The notes under the pieces: model-generated | Seen by the model: only the letters and a program-made list of their open reading frames with translations | Databases searched by the model: none | Told to the model about the DNA's origin: nothing | Program-made: the position numbers and the translations under genes | Source: Candidatus Binatia bacterium | Lineage (GTDB): Bacteria > Desulfobacterota > Binatia > UBA9968 > CAXXLF01 | Reading direction: 5' to 3' | Length of the DNA stretch: 64,000 nucleotides | Assembly (NCBI GenBank): GCA_963664015.2 | Contig: CAXXLF010000001.1 | Coordinates: 128,001 to 192,000 of the forward strand | In this document: positions 1-10,377 of the stretch, in pieces | Layout: the number at the start of each line of letters is the position of its first letter | Position numbering within the stretch: position 1 is the stretch's first letter

Positions 1-254
1 GCCGTGCGATAGAGAACCCTCTCCGTACCGCCTTTCAGATCAAGCTGTTTATGAACCAGAGCTACTTTCATCAAGCCAGTGAATACCCGACCAACCAGAC
101 TAGATCCAAAATCCCCTAAGGGAGAATAGAGTTATAACAAACCGGAATTTCATTTTTGATATCAGTCTAATTCGTTGCCATCGACAGAGCAATACCGTAA
201 GTTCAGTAATCATATCCCGTCGCCTCCTTGGAGAGGCATCTCCCATTCCTGACA

Positions 255-1027
255 ATGCAAATTCCCAGCGATCGGACGGAATCTACGGCACGAGCAACCT
301 TTGCTCCCTTTATCGATTTATTTCCCGCACAGTCTAAGGTCCTCGATGTTGCGTGGGCCATGGTTTTGCAATGAAGATGCTTCGGCAGGCCAACGTAGAT
401 GCCGTCGGTATTGAAGTGAATGAAGGTTTGGTTCAAGAGGCGCGATCCGCCGGGTTGAATGTCATCCAGACCGATATTTCCCACTACCTCAAGTCGACAG
501 TGGAGAGGTACCAAGGCTATATCGCCTCCCATATATTCGAACATTTTCACCCTCAGAACGTCGTTGAGCTCTTGGGCTTGATTTACAGGGTCACCCAATC
601 GGGCGGTAAGCTTCTCTTTATTACACCGAACATCGCCCATTTACGGCGCGCCGCAGGAGATTTTTAGCGTGATCCGAGCCGTATTCGTCCTTACCCTATC
701 GAGGCCCTGGACAAACTACTGGTTCAAACCGGTTGGAAAACCATTGCGTCTGGTTATTTATCCGATAAAAGGTTTAGGCTGCGGAGGGCGATTGGCGCCA
801 CAATTCGGAACATGCTTGTCGCCCACCACTGGCTGGGAGAGGATCTGTACGTTGTGGCCAAAAGGTGTAGCCCTTCAAAACTTTTGCCAATCTCAATAAA
901 TTACGCTTATGAGCGGCTTCACATTAATCCTTTGCGCTATCAGGGAGTGGTTGGACGCCCGGGCGCCCAAGGCGATCTACTGATTTGCCACGACTCCACA
1001 TTCCCCCTTCCTGGCCGCAGTCTCTAG
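255..1027 (+). pseudogene. Class I SAM-dependent methyltransferase, disrupted (frameshift near 353, in-frame TAG at 665-667)
   Basis: The ATG 255 frame gives ...SKVLDVA, and motif I continues as GHG in another frame (1 nt missing). GIEVNE and ASHIFEH follow, then GDF*RDPSRIRPYP (homologues have FWxDPTHxRPY) through to DLYVVAKR. The 3' end is uncertain. Confidence 0.7.
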
Positions 1028-2515
1028 ACGCTCGCAGAGAGTTTCCAGGATGTTACTGTGATCTTTAATGATTCCGGGGGTTACCTTTCCCCATAGCGCA
1101 CTCGTTGGAAAGTCAAATGAGTGAAAAAGTATGGAGGCTATGAAAAGCTCGAGAGATTTTTCGCTTGCAGGTGGTCTCTCCAGGGCATCCTGTATCGCTG
1201 ACGGGAGTTTGAAAAGGTCCGTACAATGGGCAACGCCCTGCCCAATTTGGAGATAAGGATATTTTTCGCCAAGAACAAGCACCGGTTTTTGAAGCATCAT
1301 TGCTTCCCAACCTGCGGTGCCCGTAATCACACAGGTCAAAGCGGCCCGTCGAATCAGTTCAAAAGGACTCTCGAAGGGCGACACCAGAATGACCTTTGGC
1401 ATATTGCTCAGCGTTCTATAAAACCCGAAAGGCCTACGTCCTATCATTCCTGGATGTTCCTTCACTAACAGGTTAAATCCCAGAGGCAGGCTCTTCGAAA
1501 GGGACTCGATAATCGCCGACTGATTCGTCTGATAGGGGGCGCATACCAATGTGGATTCCTCTGGATCTACGTGAAGTGGATAAAACGCGTACGGTTGATC
1601 AGGAATCTCCCCAATGACGCGAAAGGGGCCTCTCAGCGACAATTGCAACGATTTGAGATTGACGCGGAGTTGCAAGGTCCTTCGCTTCCAGTCCGTCGGT
1701 TCGTTCCATTCCCGATGGGGTCGGATCCCTTTAAGTGCGGCCAACAGCACTCCCAACACTTGACCTGGTATCGCGAGAGGTGACACCTTTTTCTGCTGAC
1801 TTCGCTCATTGGCTACCTGGTATTCAGGTTTTTCTGGACCCGACCTAAACTCTTTTAAATACTTTTTCGCCTCAGGTAAAAATGGCACTAAGTCGGTCGG
1901 GGCGTTTAATGCGTTTTTGTAGGTCCGGCAGACGGGACCAAGCAATCCCTCGGGAACGTCATCAATGATATATTGGCTGCCCATTCTGGCAGCAGAAAAG
2001 CGTCTGAACGGTACACCAAAATGTTCTGAAACTATACTTAAGCAATAGGCAGGTGCGTCTGCCACCACATAACAGAAGACGAGGTCCGGTCTCCGTTCAT
2101 CGAAAATACGAAAAAGAAAATTGAACAGACCCACCACGTAGCGCCTGATCACCTCTGTATCACAAGACATTTTCATCAAGCGCGTTTTAGCAACTGTACC
2201 GCCGGTGATCCAACCGTAACCGATCTGCCGGCTGGAAATGACTAGACGATTGAGGGTTCCTGCTCCGAACAGCGCTTCGTACTTGGCCAGCTGATCGGGC
2301 GAATAAGGATTGCTGATCCACTCCTTTTCCAACTCATAGAGTCTATATAGAGGGCGTATGGGCGGGTTTTGATGTCTTTCCACCCTACGGTAGATACGTT
2401 CCTTTCCCGCTACAAGTCCCATAAATTCGGCCGACGGCGATTGCTCCGATAATCTTCGAGCAATGGCCAGCGGCCATTCATGAAACATGGGCGAGTACAG
2501 AAAACAATATCTCAA
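977..2515 (-). CDS. Capsule polysaccharide biosynthesis/modification protein (KpsS/KpsC-like, GT-B fold)
   Basis: 512 aa ORF with FYPLHVDPE, VKEHP and ITGTAGWEAMMLQKPVLVLG motifs typical of the Capsule_synth family. Confidence 0.75.
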   Translation of the reverse strand: MRYCFLYSPMFHEWPLAIARRLSEQSPSAEFMGLVAGKERIYRRVERHQNPPIRPLYRLYELEKEWISNPYSPDQLAKYEALFGAGTLNRLVISSRQIGYGWITGGTVAKTRLMKMSCDTEVIRRYVVGLFNFLFRIFDERRPDLVFCYVVADAPAYCLSIVSEHFGVPFRRFSAARMGSQYIIDDVPEGLLGPVCRTYKNALNAPTDLVPFLPEAKKYLKEFRSGPEKPEYQVANERSQQKKVSPLAIPGQVLGVLLAALKGIRPHREWNEPTDWKRRTLQLRVNLKSLQLSLRGPFRVIGEIPDQPYAFYPLHVDPEESTLVCAPYQTNQSAIIESLSKSLPLGFNLLVKEHPGMIGRRPFGFYRTLSNMPKVILVSPFESPFELIRRAALTCVITGTAGWEAMMLQKPVLVLGEKYPYLQIGQGVAHCTDLFKLPSAIQDALERPPASEKSLELFIASILFHSFDFPTSALWGKVTPGIIKDHSNILETLCERLETAARKGECGVVANQ

Positions 2516-2902
2516 TGGACCGGTCCTTTCAGCGCCTTTCCTTTGTACTTAAGTAAGCAACACCCGGTAAACGATTGCAAGTGTTTGGTTTTGTTTCCAC
2601 AAGCCTCTCGTAGAGCCCCTCATTCTCAGATACTCGGTAAGCCACGCCAGTCTAAATTAGCGCAGAAATAACGAATTTGCATTTCCCTGGGTTAGCCCTT
2701 ATTCTTAAAATAGGGGTGACTGATACGGTTGCCATGGTAGATACAATTTTTTCCACTTCCTTGATCTCTTCTCTCTTTAACCGTCCAAGGGCAAGGCCAG
2801 GAACAGGTCGGACTTGCGGTTCGCCTCGCAAGCCCCTTGTCGGGTCACTGGATTTAAACTATGATGGGCCCGCTAAAACACTTAAGCAGGTGAGGGGGGA
2901 AT

Positions 2903-4006
2903 ATGGCTAAAGCGACACAGGAACATCCGCCTTCAACGGAGCGGGACTTGAGTGAAGGTCTGACCCTACCGGAGTTTGAAGAACTCGTTAGAGGTGAGTA
3001 CCTGTACCCCTTGTGGGTAGCCCGGGTTAACCGGGCTACCGAATTACGGACCCCCATCAAGCCTCACCTCTGGAGTTGGAAACATTTACGCCGTCGCATG
3101 TTCCAGATCGGGGAATTGATCCCCCTCGGAAAAGAGGGAGCGGATCGACGTGCATTGACGCTACGCAATCCGGGGCTCCCCATCACTCGTATGGGCACAA
3201 CCCACACCCTGGTAGCGGCGGTACAGATGATCCACGGCACGGAAGTGGCTCCCTCCCATCGCCACACCCCTGCGGCCCTGCGGCTCATTAAAGAAGGGAA
3301 GGGGGCCTGCACGGTTGTCAATGGCGAGCCCGAATCCATGGAGAAGGGCGACCTGCTCTTGACACCAAGCTGGTACTGGCATGGGCACTTCAGCGAACAT
3401 GACGAACCTATGCTCTGGATGGACGGTCTCGATGTACCGCTGGTGTTGTCCCTAGGCGCGAACTTTTACGAGGATTACCCCAGCAAACTGCAACCGGCGC
3501 AGGCACCGCGCGACGAGTCCATCCGCCGTTTCAGCGCAGGTGGACTTTTGCCCGTGGGAGAGCGGACATCCAGCCCAAACTCTCCACTGCTAAACTATCG
3601 CTGGTCGCGGACCGAAGAGAAATTGATGCAGCTTACGGATCGGGACGGGAGCCCCTTCGATGGCGTCGCCCTGCAGTTTACCAACCCCTTTACCGGCGGT
3701 CCCGTTATGCCAACCATTGATTGTTCAATCCAACTGTTCCGGCCGGGGGAGAAAACTAGAGCACACCGGCACACGAGCAGTATCGTTTACAATGTGGTAC
3801 GGGGCAGCGGGTCCACCGTAGTGGATGGTCAGCGTTTGGAGTGGACGGAAGGGGATATCTTTTGTGTTCCCACCTGGGCATGCCATCATCACGCCAACGC
3901 CTCGGAGTCCGAGGATGCTATTCTCTTTTCCATGAACGACTCGCCGGTCCTGCAGGCCCTAGGAATGTACCGGGAAACCAGTTGCGAGGAGGGGGAAACA
4001 CACTGA
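2903..4006 (+). CDS. Gentisate 1,2-dioxygenase-like bicupin
   Basis: Two cupin metal motifs (PSHRHTP...TPSWYWHGH; AHRHTSS...VPTWACHHH), RRALTLRNPG and WMDGLDVP; RBS GAGGGGG upstream. Confidence 0.85.
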   Translation: MAKATQEHPPSTERDLSEGLTLPEFEELVRGEYLYPLWVARVNRATELRTPIKPHLWSWKHLRRRMFQIGELIPLGKEGADRRALTLRNPGLPITRMGTTHTLVAAVQMIHGTEVAPSHRHTPAALRLIKEGKGACTVVNGEPESMEKGDLLLTPSWYWHGHFSEHDEPMLWMDGLDVPLVLSLGANFYEDYPSKLQPAQAPRDESIRRFSAGGLLPVGERTSSPNSPLLNYRWSRTEEKLMQLTDRDGSPFDGVALQFTNPFTGGPVMPTIDCSIQLFRPGEKTRAHRHTSSIVYNVVRGSGSTVVDGQRLEWTEGDIFCVPTWACHHHANASESEDAILFSMNDSPVLQALGMYRETSCEEGETH

Positions 4007-4082
4007 CATGCAAGAGGAGGCCCGGCCATTCGGAGGCCAGCCTGGTATCTCAAGGCACGCCGGTACAGAGTTGAGTTGAACT

Positions 4083-6233
4083 ATGAACCGACTCCACGGG
4101 CTCTTTTGCCCGAAAAACATCGCCATTATCGGAGCATCAGAAAGGAACCACTACTCGGCCTCTCTGATCCAAAATCTTCTTCGATTCGGCTTTCCCGCTG
4201 AGGCAATCTACCCCATCAACCCAAAATACCAAACCGTCTTTGACAGGCCCTGCTACCCCCACGTCTCAGATATACCGGATAAATTGGACCTCGCCGTTTT
4301 CGCTGTTAGCCGGGACCACCTGCTCCCGCTTCTAAACGAGTCGATTACAAAAGGACTGAAGTCTGCCCTCATCTTATCGACCGGATTCGCCGAGTCCGAC
4401 GAAATTGGCCGTAAGCTACAGAATGAAATTGCAGCGCTTGCGAAGCAGCACTCGGTAAACCTGTGTGGCCCCAACACCCTGGGTTACGTCTCCAATCAAG
4501 GAGGAGTGGCTCTCTGGTCCTCCCCATTGCCAAGCCATATGCGTCCCGGTCCCGTCGGAGCGCTCTTTCACAGCAGTGGACTCCTTAATCTTTTTCTCAA
4601 CGTCGCGGCTGACCGTTGTCTGGGATTCCGATACGCCATTGCCTGTGGGAACGAAGCTGACCTTGGCATGGTCGACTACATGGAAGCGTTGCTCGATGAC
4701 CCGGAAGTGAAGGTGATCGTCACGTTAATCGAGTCGATACGACAACCCGCGGAGTTCTGTGCGCTTCTTGACCGCGCCGGCGAGATAGATAAGCCGGTAG
4801 TGGCCCTGAGGGTCGGAAGGTCGGCCAAGGGGAGCCGCGCTGTCGTGTCACACACGGGTAACCTGGCCACTTCGGGAGCGGCGTGGCAAGCCGTATTCCG
4901 ACAGAAGGGGATCATATCCGTTGATAATATGGATCAGATGGTGGAGACGACCATTGGGCTAGCAAACAACCCTTGTCAGCGGCGGCGGATCAAACGACCT
5001 GCAGGAGTGGGAATCGTAACCATCTCTGGCGGCGATTGCAGTTTTCTATCGGACATCTCCGAGCGGATCAACCTGCAACTGCCCGAGCCATCCGACCGCA
5101 CCTACCGGGCCTTGTCCCCCTATTTCGGGAAAAAATCATTCAACGGCAACCCTCTGGATATAGAGGACCTTCATCAGGTAGACGAAGATAAATTTTACAG
5201 CTGTCTCAAAGCCTTTGCCAGTGAAGAAGCGTTTGATTTAGTCTGCTGCCGCCTCAGTCTCCCCAAGGCTCCAAATGAAGGGCTGAAACGCCTCTATACC
5301 CGATCAGCGGCCATAAGCAAGCAGCAAGGCAAAGGTATGGTTTTCCTCTCTCGGGCCAGCGAGCATTTGGACCCGTCCTGGTTCGAATTCTTTTCACAAT
5401 TGAAAGTACCGTTTCTGATGGAGTACGAAAAGGGAATGCGAGCGGTTCGCGACCTCCTCTGGTTGGCATCGCTTCCCGATACCCCTTCCATTGCTTCGCG
5501 AGGCGACACTCCATCCCGTAAAGTTGATATCAACCCATTGAAGTCCCTTCTTTCAGCCAATCCCAATAAACACCTGACACATGATCAATCCCGACAGCTC
5601 TTAGCGGCATACCATATCCCTTTAGCCAATGAGGCCCTTGCACGCTCGGCCCGCGATGCCGTCGAGGCAGCAAAGCAGATAGGATTTCCCGTGGCCATGA
5701 AGGTGATATCATCGGACCTGCCGCATAAGACCGAGCTAGGAGCTCTATTGATCGACATAGCCGATGAGCGAGCAGTAGAAGAAGGCTTCAACCTTTTGCA
5801 ACAACGGGCTCAGCGCAAGGTCCCTCATGCCGTCGTCGAAGGGATCCTGATTCAAAAAATGGTTCGTGGAATTGCTGAGACCATCGTGGGAACAAATCAC
5901 GACCCCCAGCTAGGTCCGGTGGTCCTTTTTGGTCTGGGCGGCATCTATACGGAGATCTTCAAGGATTTTTCCTTGCGCATGCCCCCATTGACCTCATACG
6001 ATGCCACGGAGATGATCGGTGATGTCAAGGGGAGTGATCTCCTCCGTGGCGCACGAGGTCGGTCCAAAGCCGATATTGAAGGAATCGTGGATGTTATTTT
6101 AAAAGTATCGCAACTAGCCATGGATTTTCGTGGGGAACTCGATTCGATCGAATTAAATCCGGTGATTGCCCTATCGGAAGGGCAGGGCGTATTAGTGGTT
6201 GATACCCTCTTAACACTCAAGAATCAGAAATAA
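4083..6233 (+). CDS. ADP-forming acyl-CoA synthetase (acetate-CoA ligase family, fused alpha-beta)
   Basis: N-terminal CoA-binding domain (IAIIGAS, GPNTLG), phospho-His motif SHTG, C-terminal ATP-grasp (GFPVAMKV, HKTELG, ELNP). Confidence 0.9.
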   Translation: MNRLHGLFCPKNIAIIGASERNHYSASLIQNLLRFGFPAEAIYPINPKYQTVFDRPCYPHVSDIPDKLDLAVFAVSRDHLLPLLNESITKGLKSALILSTGFAESDEIGRKLQNEIAALAKQHSVNLCGPNTLGYVSNQGGVALWSSPLPSHMRPGPVGALFHSSGLLNLFLNVAADRCLGFRYAIACGNEADLGMVDYMEALLDDPEVKVIVTLIESIRQPAEFCALLDRAGEIDKPVVALRVGRSAKGSRAVVSHTGNLATSGAAWQAVFRQKGIISVDNMDQMVETTIGLANNPCQRRRIKRPAGVGIVTISGGDCSFLSDISERINLQLPEPSDRTYRALSPYFGKKSFNGNPLDIEDLHQVDEDKFYSCLKAFASEEAFDLVCCRLSLPKAPNEGLKRLYTRSAAISKQQGKGMVFLSRASEHLDPSWFEFFSQLKVPFLMEYEKGMRAVRDLLWLASLPDTPSIASRGDTPSRKVDINPLKSLLSANPNKHLTHDQSRQLLAAYHIPLANEALARSARDAVEAAKQIGFPVAMKVISSDLPHKTELGALLIDIADERAVEEGFNLLQQRAQRKVPHAVVEGILIQKMVRGIAETIVGTNHDPQLGPVVLFGLGGIYTEIFKDFSLRMPPLTSYDATEMIGDVKGSDLLRGARGRSKADIEGIVDVILKVSQLAMDFRGELDSIELNPVIALSEGQGVLVVDTLLTLKNQK

Positions 6234-6337
6234 CGGATCTACGGGAGCAACAGTATGCACGATTGATTTGGAGTGCAGAAAAGGACCCATGTTTTTAAAC
6301 GATCGATTTAATAATCTAACGAGAGAGGGACCCTAAA

Positions 6338-7411
6338 TTGAATATCGAAGCCATAGAAACCCATCTGTTGAACTTGCCTTACCACAAACCCCTGATCACA
6401 GCTTCCAATCGATTTGTCATAGCGGAAGGGGTACTGGTCGAAATCCGATCCGACGGCGGGCTCAGTGGGTTCGGCTACATTGATCTTTTTCCCCGAACGG
6501 GAGAAACAACCGGCTCAGCAACATTTGCTATTGACCAGGTTTTGAAACCCATGATCATCGGCCGGGACATCCACGAATTGGGGCGGATCAAAGAGAAAAT
6601 CGATCGCACCCTGATAGGCAATCCACGGGTCAAGTCGGGGCTCGAAACAGCGCTTTACGATCTGCTGGGTAAAAGCATTCACGTTCCACTCAACCTCCTC
6701 CTGGGCGGTTTAGTCAAGGACGAGATACGAATCGTGAAGATGACCAGCCTTGATGATCCCGAGACAATGGCGGAAGAGGCTCATCAGCTTGTGACCGATG
6801 GCTTTTCGGCCATTAAATTAAAGATCAGCGGACAACTTAATTTGGATCTTCAACGTATAACCAACGTGAGAAAAGCCGTTGGTGATGATATTTTTATCAA
6901 AGTCGACGCCAATGAATCCTACGATCCCAAGTCGGCTATACAATTAAGCAAAAAAATGGCCGACCTGGGAGTCGAGGTCTTTGAACAGCCCGTCCCCCGT
7001 CATCAAACCGATGCCCTGCTCGAAGTCAAAAAACACTCACCCATCAAGATCGAAGCTGATCAGTCGGTGGGCTCGGTTGCGGACGCCTATCGATTGATCC
7101 AACACCGAGTTGTTGACTCGATCAATACGAGTGTCTTGAAGGCCGGTGGTTTGATCGAAGCCAGACGAATCGCAGAAATGTGCAGACTCGGTGGCGTAGA
7201 GTGCACGTTGGCAAACACCGCCGGCAGTATGGTGGGCGATGCCGCTGGCCTTCAACTGGCGGCCAGTTGCCCGGGAGTCTCGTCCCTTTGCGAGCTGGGA
7301 GAATTTACAACCGTATCGGGAGACCCCTTTACCGGTATGGAGATCAAGCACGGCATGGTCAAGGTCCCCGATGGAGAAGGGCTCGGAGTACAACAGATCG
7401 GCAACTTTTAA
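6338..7411 (+). CDS. Enolase-superfamily enzyme (muconate lactonizing enzyme / dipeptide epimerase subgroup)
   Basis: KLKI, VDANE, FEQP and EADQS metal/catalytic motifs; TTG start with GAGGGA RBS. Confidence 0.85.
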   Translation: MNIEAIETHLLNLPYHKPLITASNRFVIAEGVLVEIRSDGGLSGFGYIDLFPRTGETTGSATFAIDQVLKPMIIGRDIHELGRIKEKIDRTLIGNPRVKSGLETALYDLLGKSIHVPLNLLLGGLVKDEIRIVKMTSLDDPETMAEEAHQLVTDGFSAIKLKISGQLNLDLQRITNVRKAVGDDIFIKVDANESYDPKSAIQLSKKMADLGVEVFEQPVPRHQTDALLEVKKHSPIKIEADQSVGSVADAYRLIQHRVVDSINTSVLKAGGLIEARRIAEMCRLGGVECTLANTAGSMVGDAAGLQLAASCPGVSSLCELGEFTTVSGDPFTGMEIKHGMVKVPDGEGLGVQQIGNF

Positions 7412-7429
7412 AGACTGAACCCTTTCCAC

Positions 7430-8893
7430 CTATTTTTTGGAGGGGCGGTGGGCTTCCAGCATGGGACCCCACTTCTTCTTTACCTGGTCGACCATAGCCT
7501 GGTTGGTTGTGATTTCGGGCGGAAACTCATTTAAGCGTTCAAAGGGCTTACAGGCATCAATCATAGCCCGTGAGTGGTGGCGCTGTTGCTCCAATGAGAT
7601 GGCCGGATCCAGGGCGCTGCTAAAACAACGGTGCAGGATCTGGATGGATCGTTGAGGATCGGACCGCGTACACAGAGCCCAAAGGACCTGGTCCCGGTCG
7701 GTTGGGTCGATGTCATCGTCAACAACGATCACATAACGGTTCAGGGTGATTCCGGCGCCACATTGGGACGCGATGACGGCCGACTGGATGGCGTGGCCTG
7801 GATAGCGCTGCTTAATCGAGATAACAAGTAGCAGGTTGGCCCCGCCAGCCTCATCCAACCACACGCCTTTTACATCCGGAATACCCGCAGCCTCCACATC
7901 GTTCCAGATCAGCGCGGACTTGAAGAAGGTGCGCCAGAAGGTATAGGCATTGGGTGGCCTGAGGGGGGGCTCCCCTGTGATGATCGGTTGATTCCGATAG
8001 AGAATCCGTTTCACGCGTACCACAGGCTCGTTACGGGTCGCGCTAGCGTAGTATCCCGTCCACTCCCCGAAGGGCCCTTCGGGGAGACTTTCATTGGGAT
8101 AAACCTCTCCTTCGACAACGATCTCTGAGTTGGCCGGAATGGGAAGACCCGTCATCTCGCCACGAATCACCTTCACCGGCAGACCCCGAATCCCCCCAGC
8201 GTATTCGAGCTCGTTGACATCCGCCGGAAGCGGCATGGAGCTGGTAAGAAACAGAAGCGGATCCTGTCCAAAGGATAGGACAATAGGGCATGGCTCTCCG
8301 CGAGACCAGTACTTTTCAAGGTGTCGGCGGCCATGCTTGATCCTGGAGATATAGAGACCCAGCTTGTTTTTATCGTGAACCATGGCCCGGTACGTTCCCA
8401 CATTAACCCAACCGGTGTCCGGATCCCGTGTGATGGTCAGGCTCCCGGTGCCCAGATAACGGCCACCGTCTTCCTCGTGCCATAGGGGAGATGGGAACTG
8501 CAACAGATCAACCGCCGGGCCATCCTGAATATTCTCAGTGACGGCCCCCTGATCAACCTCCTGAGTAGACAGCAACCCCACGGATTTGACCCGGTTACGC
8601 CAAACCCGAACCAGATCCAATTTGCTCTCCGGCGATGCCAGATTCAATGTGAGGGCAATTCGTGCAACGGAGGTTAGCTGATTGAGTAAGATGCGGTAGG
8701 TTGGATCGTAGCCCTTCAAATGATCGAGGAGGAGGGCTGGACCTTCGCCGAATTCACGAAAGGCATACTCGTCTAGCGCACCGACTTCCAAGTGCGGGTC
8801 GACACCACTTAGATTGAGGAGCTCTCCCTGACTCTGGCACCGCTCAATCCAATCACGAAGATCTTCACAGGGAACGGCTTCTCTAGACGCCAT
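7430..8893 (-). CDS. UbiD-family (prFMN-dependent) decarboxylase/carboxylase
   Basis: DGGRYLGT, NVGTYR, EGPFGEWTGYY and VVDDDIDP motifs; GGAGGAG RBS. Confidence 0.9.
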   Translation of the reverse strand: MASREAVPCEDLRDWIERCQSQGELLNLSGVDPHLEVGALDEYAFREFGEGPALLLDHLKGYDPTYRILLNQLTSVARIALTLNLASPESKLDLVRVWRNRVKSVGLLSTQEVDQGAVTENIQDGPAVDLLQFPSPLWHEEDGGRYLGTGSLTITRDPDTGWVNVGTYRAMVHDKNKLGLYISRIKHGRRHLEKYWSRGEPCPIVLSFGQDPLLFLTSSMPLPADVNELEYAGGIRGLPVKVIRGEMTGLPIPANSEIVVEGEVYPNESLPEGPFGEWTGYYASATRNEPVVRVKRILYRNQPIITGEPPLRPPNAYTFWRTFFKSALIWNDVEAAGIPDVKGVWLDEAGGANLLLVISIKQRYPGHAIQSAVIASQCGAGITLNRYVIVVDDDIDPTDRDQVLWALCTRSDPQRSIQILHRCFSSALDPAISLEQQRHHSRAMIDACKPFERLNEFPPEITTNQAMVDQVKKKWGPMLEAHRPSKK

Positions 8894-9085
8894 CAACTCC
8901 TCCTAGGTAAATTCGATCGTTTCCCGGAACGGAAGGATATCCCGATTTCTATGAAGCCTCCACCGGCATACACCCGTGGGATCCTCCCTTATCTGCGGCG
9001 GAATCCGTCGAAGCTGCCGCTTCGGCTGCGAAGGCCGGGCGCTTTTCAAGCGTCGGCTATGGCCGACGGAGATCGGCGAGTTCGT

Positions 9086-9130
9086 CCATCGCATTCAACC
9101 ATGGCAGAAGCCCATGGTTGAATGCGATGG
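9086..9130. repeat. Perfect 19-bp inverted repeat (REP-like hairpin or processing/termination structure)
   Basis: CCATCGCATTCAACCATGG-cagaagc-CCATGGTTGAATGCGATGG, 12 nt past the amidohydrolase stop; no U tract. Confidence 0.75.
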
Positions 9131-9142
9131 CGGGAAAACCGG

Positions 9143-10174
9143 TCACAACCCTGCTGCAGCCTCACGGCCCCGCTGGCCAAGTAGGTTGAGAGCGTTCTCC
9201 CTCTCAATCTTTCGGATCAAGTCCACGGATGCCCCCATGGCCTCTATTTCCTTCATGGCATAGGGGATGCCGCCATTGGCGGGTGTATATGGATGGTCGC
9301 CACCCAGCACGATGACGTGCTCCCCAGCTTCCTCAATAACTAGCGACATGGCATGCCGATCCTGTGTATGGGTATCCAGCCAGACTTGAGAAAGGTACCC
9401 GCCGAGGGATTTATTGATCCAGGAAGGAAGCGGTACTCCTCTTTCCCGGTTTAAAATTCTCGCCTGTTCACGGGAGTAATCCCAACGACCACAACAGAAG
9501 GGGGAGGCTCCACCAAGCTGGCAAAACATAAAACGCACGTCAGGGTACTTGTCGATCACTCCGTTCATGACAAGACGAAAAATGCACAGGGCATCGTCCA
9601 AGAAAAAGCCAAGACCTGTACGCAAGAAGATGTTATCCAGGCGCAGCGTATCGGCCCAAGACTGAGCCACTGAACTCGGGTGCACAAGGATTGGGACGTC
9701 GTGGTGCCGTGCCACATGAAAGATCGGTTCAAAGGCAGGGTCATCAAGACTGATCCCCTCATAACTGGCATTCAATCCGATTCCCACCATAGCTGGCAAG
9801 GAGAGAGAGCGATCCAGCTGGGCAATGGCGTCTTTGCCCCCGAAAGGATCCACGATCGCCGCCCCAAGAAACTGTCCGTTCGTCGGAGCAAGGTCTTCAG
9901 ACATGGAGCAGTTGTAGGCCTCCATATTTTCGTTAAGCGAGCCGCCTAATCTTTTCAGACCACGGATGAGTTCGGTCGCATAGGGCAGAACAACGGCGAG
10001 GTCTACGTTCGACTTTTGCATCAGATCACGATGAACTGCCAGGTCACGCCAAGCAGCCCTCGAAGCGACAACACTTCGTAACGGGTTATCCCCGGCGAGA
10101 ATTTCTCTCAGGCGATCACCGAAAACAGAAGGCATGTAATGGATGTGACAATCGATGCGTCCGGTACTTGCCAT
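9143..10174 (-). CDS. Amidohydrolase_2 family protein (ACMSD/aromatic acid decarboxylase-like)
   Basis: IDCHIH N-terminal metal motif, PILVHP, GGDHPY; start chosen at MASTGR after AGGAG. Confidence 0.85.
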   Translation of the reverse strand: MASTGRIDCHIHYMPSVFGDRLREILAGDNPLRSVVASRAAWRDLAVHRDLMQKSNVDLAVVLPYATELIRGLKRLGGSLNENMEAYNCSMSEDLAPTNGQFLGAAIVDPFGGKDAIAQLDRSLSLPAMVGIGLNASYEGISLDDPAFEPIFHVARHHDVPILVHPSSVAQSWADTLRLDNIFLRTGLGFFLDDALCIFRLVMNGVIDKYPDVRFMFCQLGGASPFCCGRWDYSREQARILNRERGVPLPSWINKSLGGYLSQVWLDTHTQDRHAMSLVIEEAGEHVIVLGGDHPYTPANGGIPYAMKEIEAMGASVDLIRKIERENALNLLGQRGREAAAGL

Positions 10175-10377
10175 AGAGTTCTCCTGTAGGGTATAGAGCG
10201 AGGAAAGCAATGAAGAAAGTTCTGTCCTCGATGATACCACCGTGTTACAATAATTCATTAAAGAGTGCAGTTTCGATCCCTGATACCAGGGGCCAAGTCT
10301 GCTTATCAATTAAACGAGAAAATCACAAACCCAACGCGTCAGAAAGTAAAAGTAGCACTCGAATAGTTTCGCACAAG

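Noticed and set aside
1-119. Possible 3' end of a gene entering the window
   Set aside because: Too short to assign
665-667. In-frame TAG in the methyltransferase as pyrrolysine
   Set aside because: It sits where homologues have Trp (TGG>TAG) and the gene also has a frameshift, so it is a nonsense mutation
2780-2860. Stem-loops with GGCAA/GCAAGCC resembling a c-di-GMP-I riboswitch
   Set aside because: The GNRA loop/receptor and GACGCAAA core do not match; would need Infernal to support
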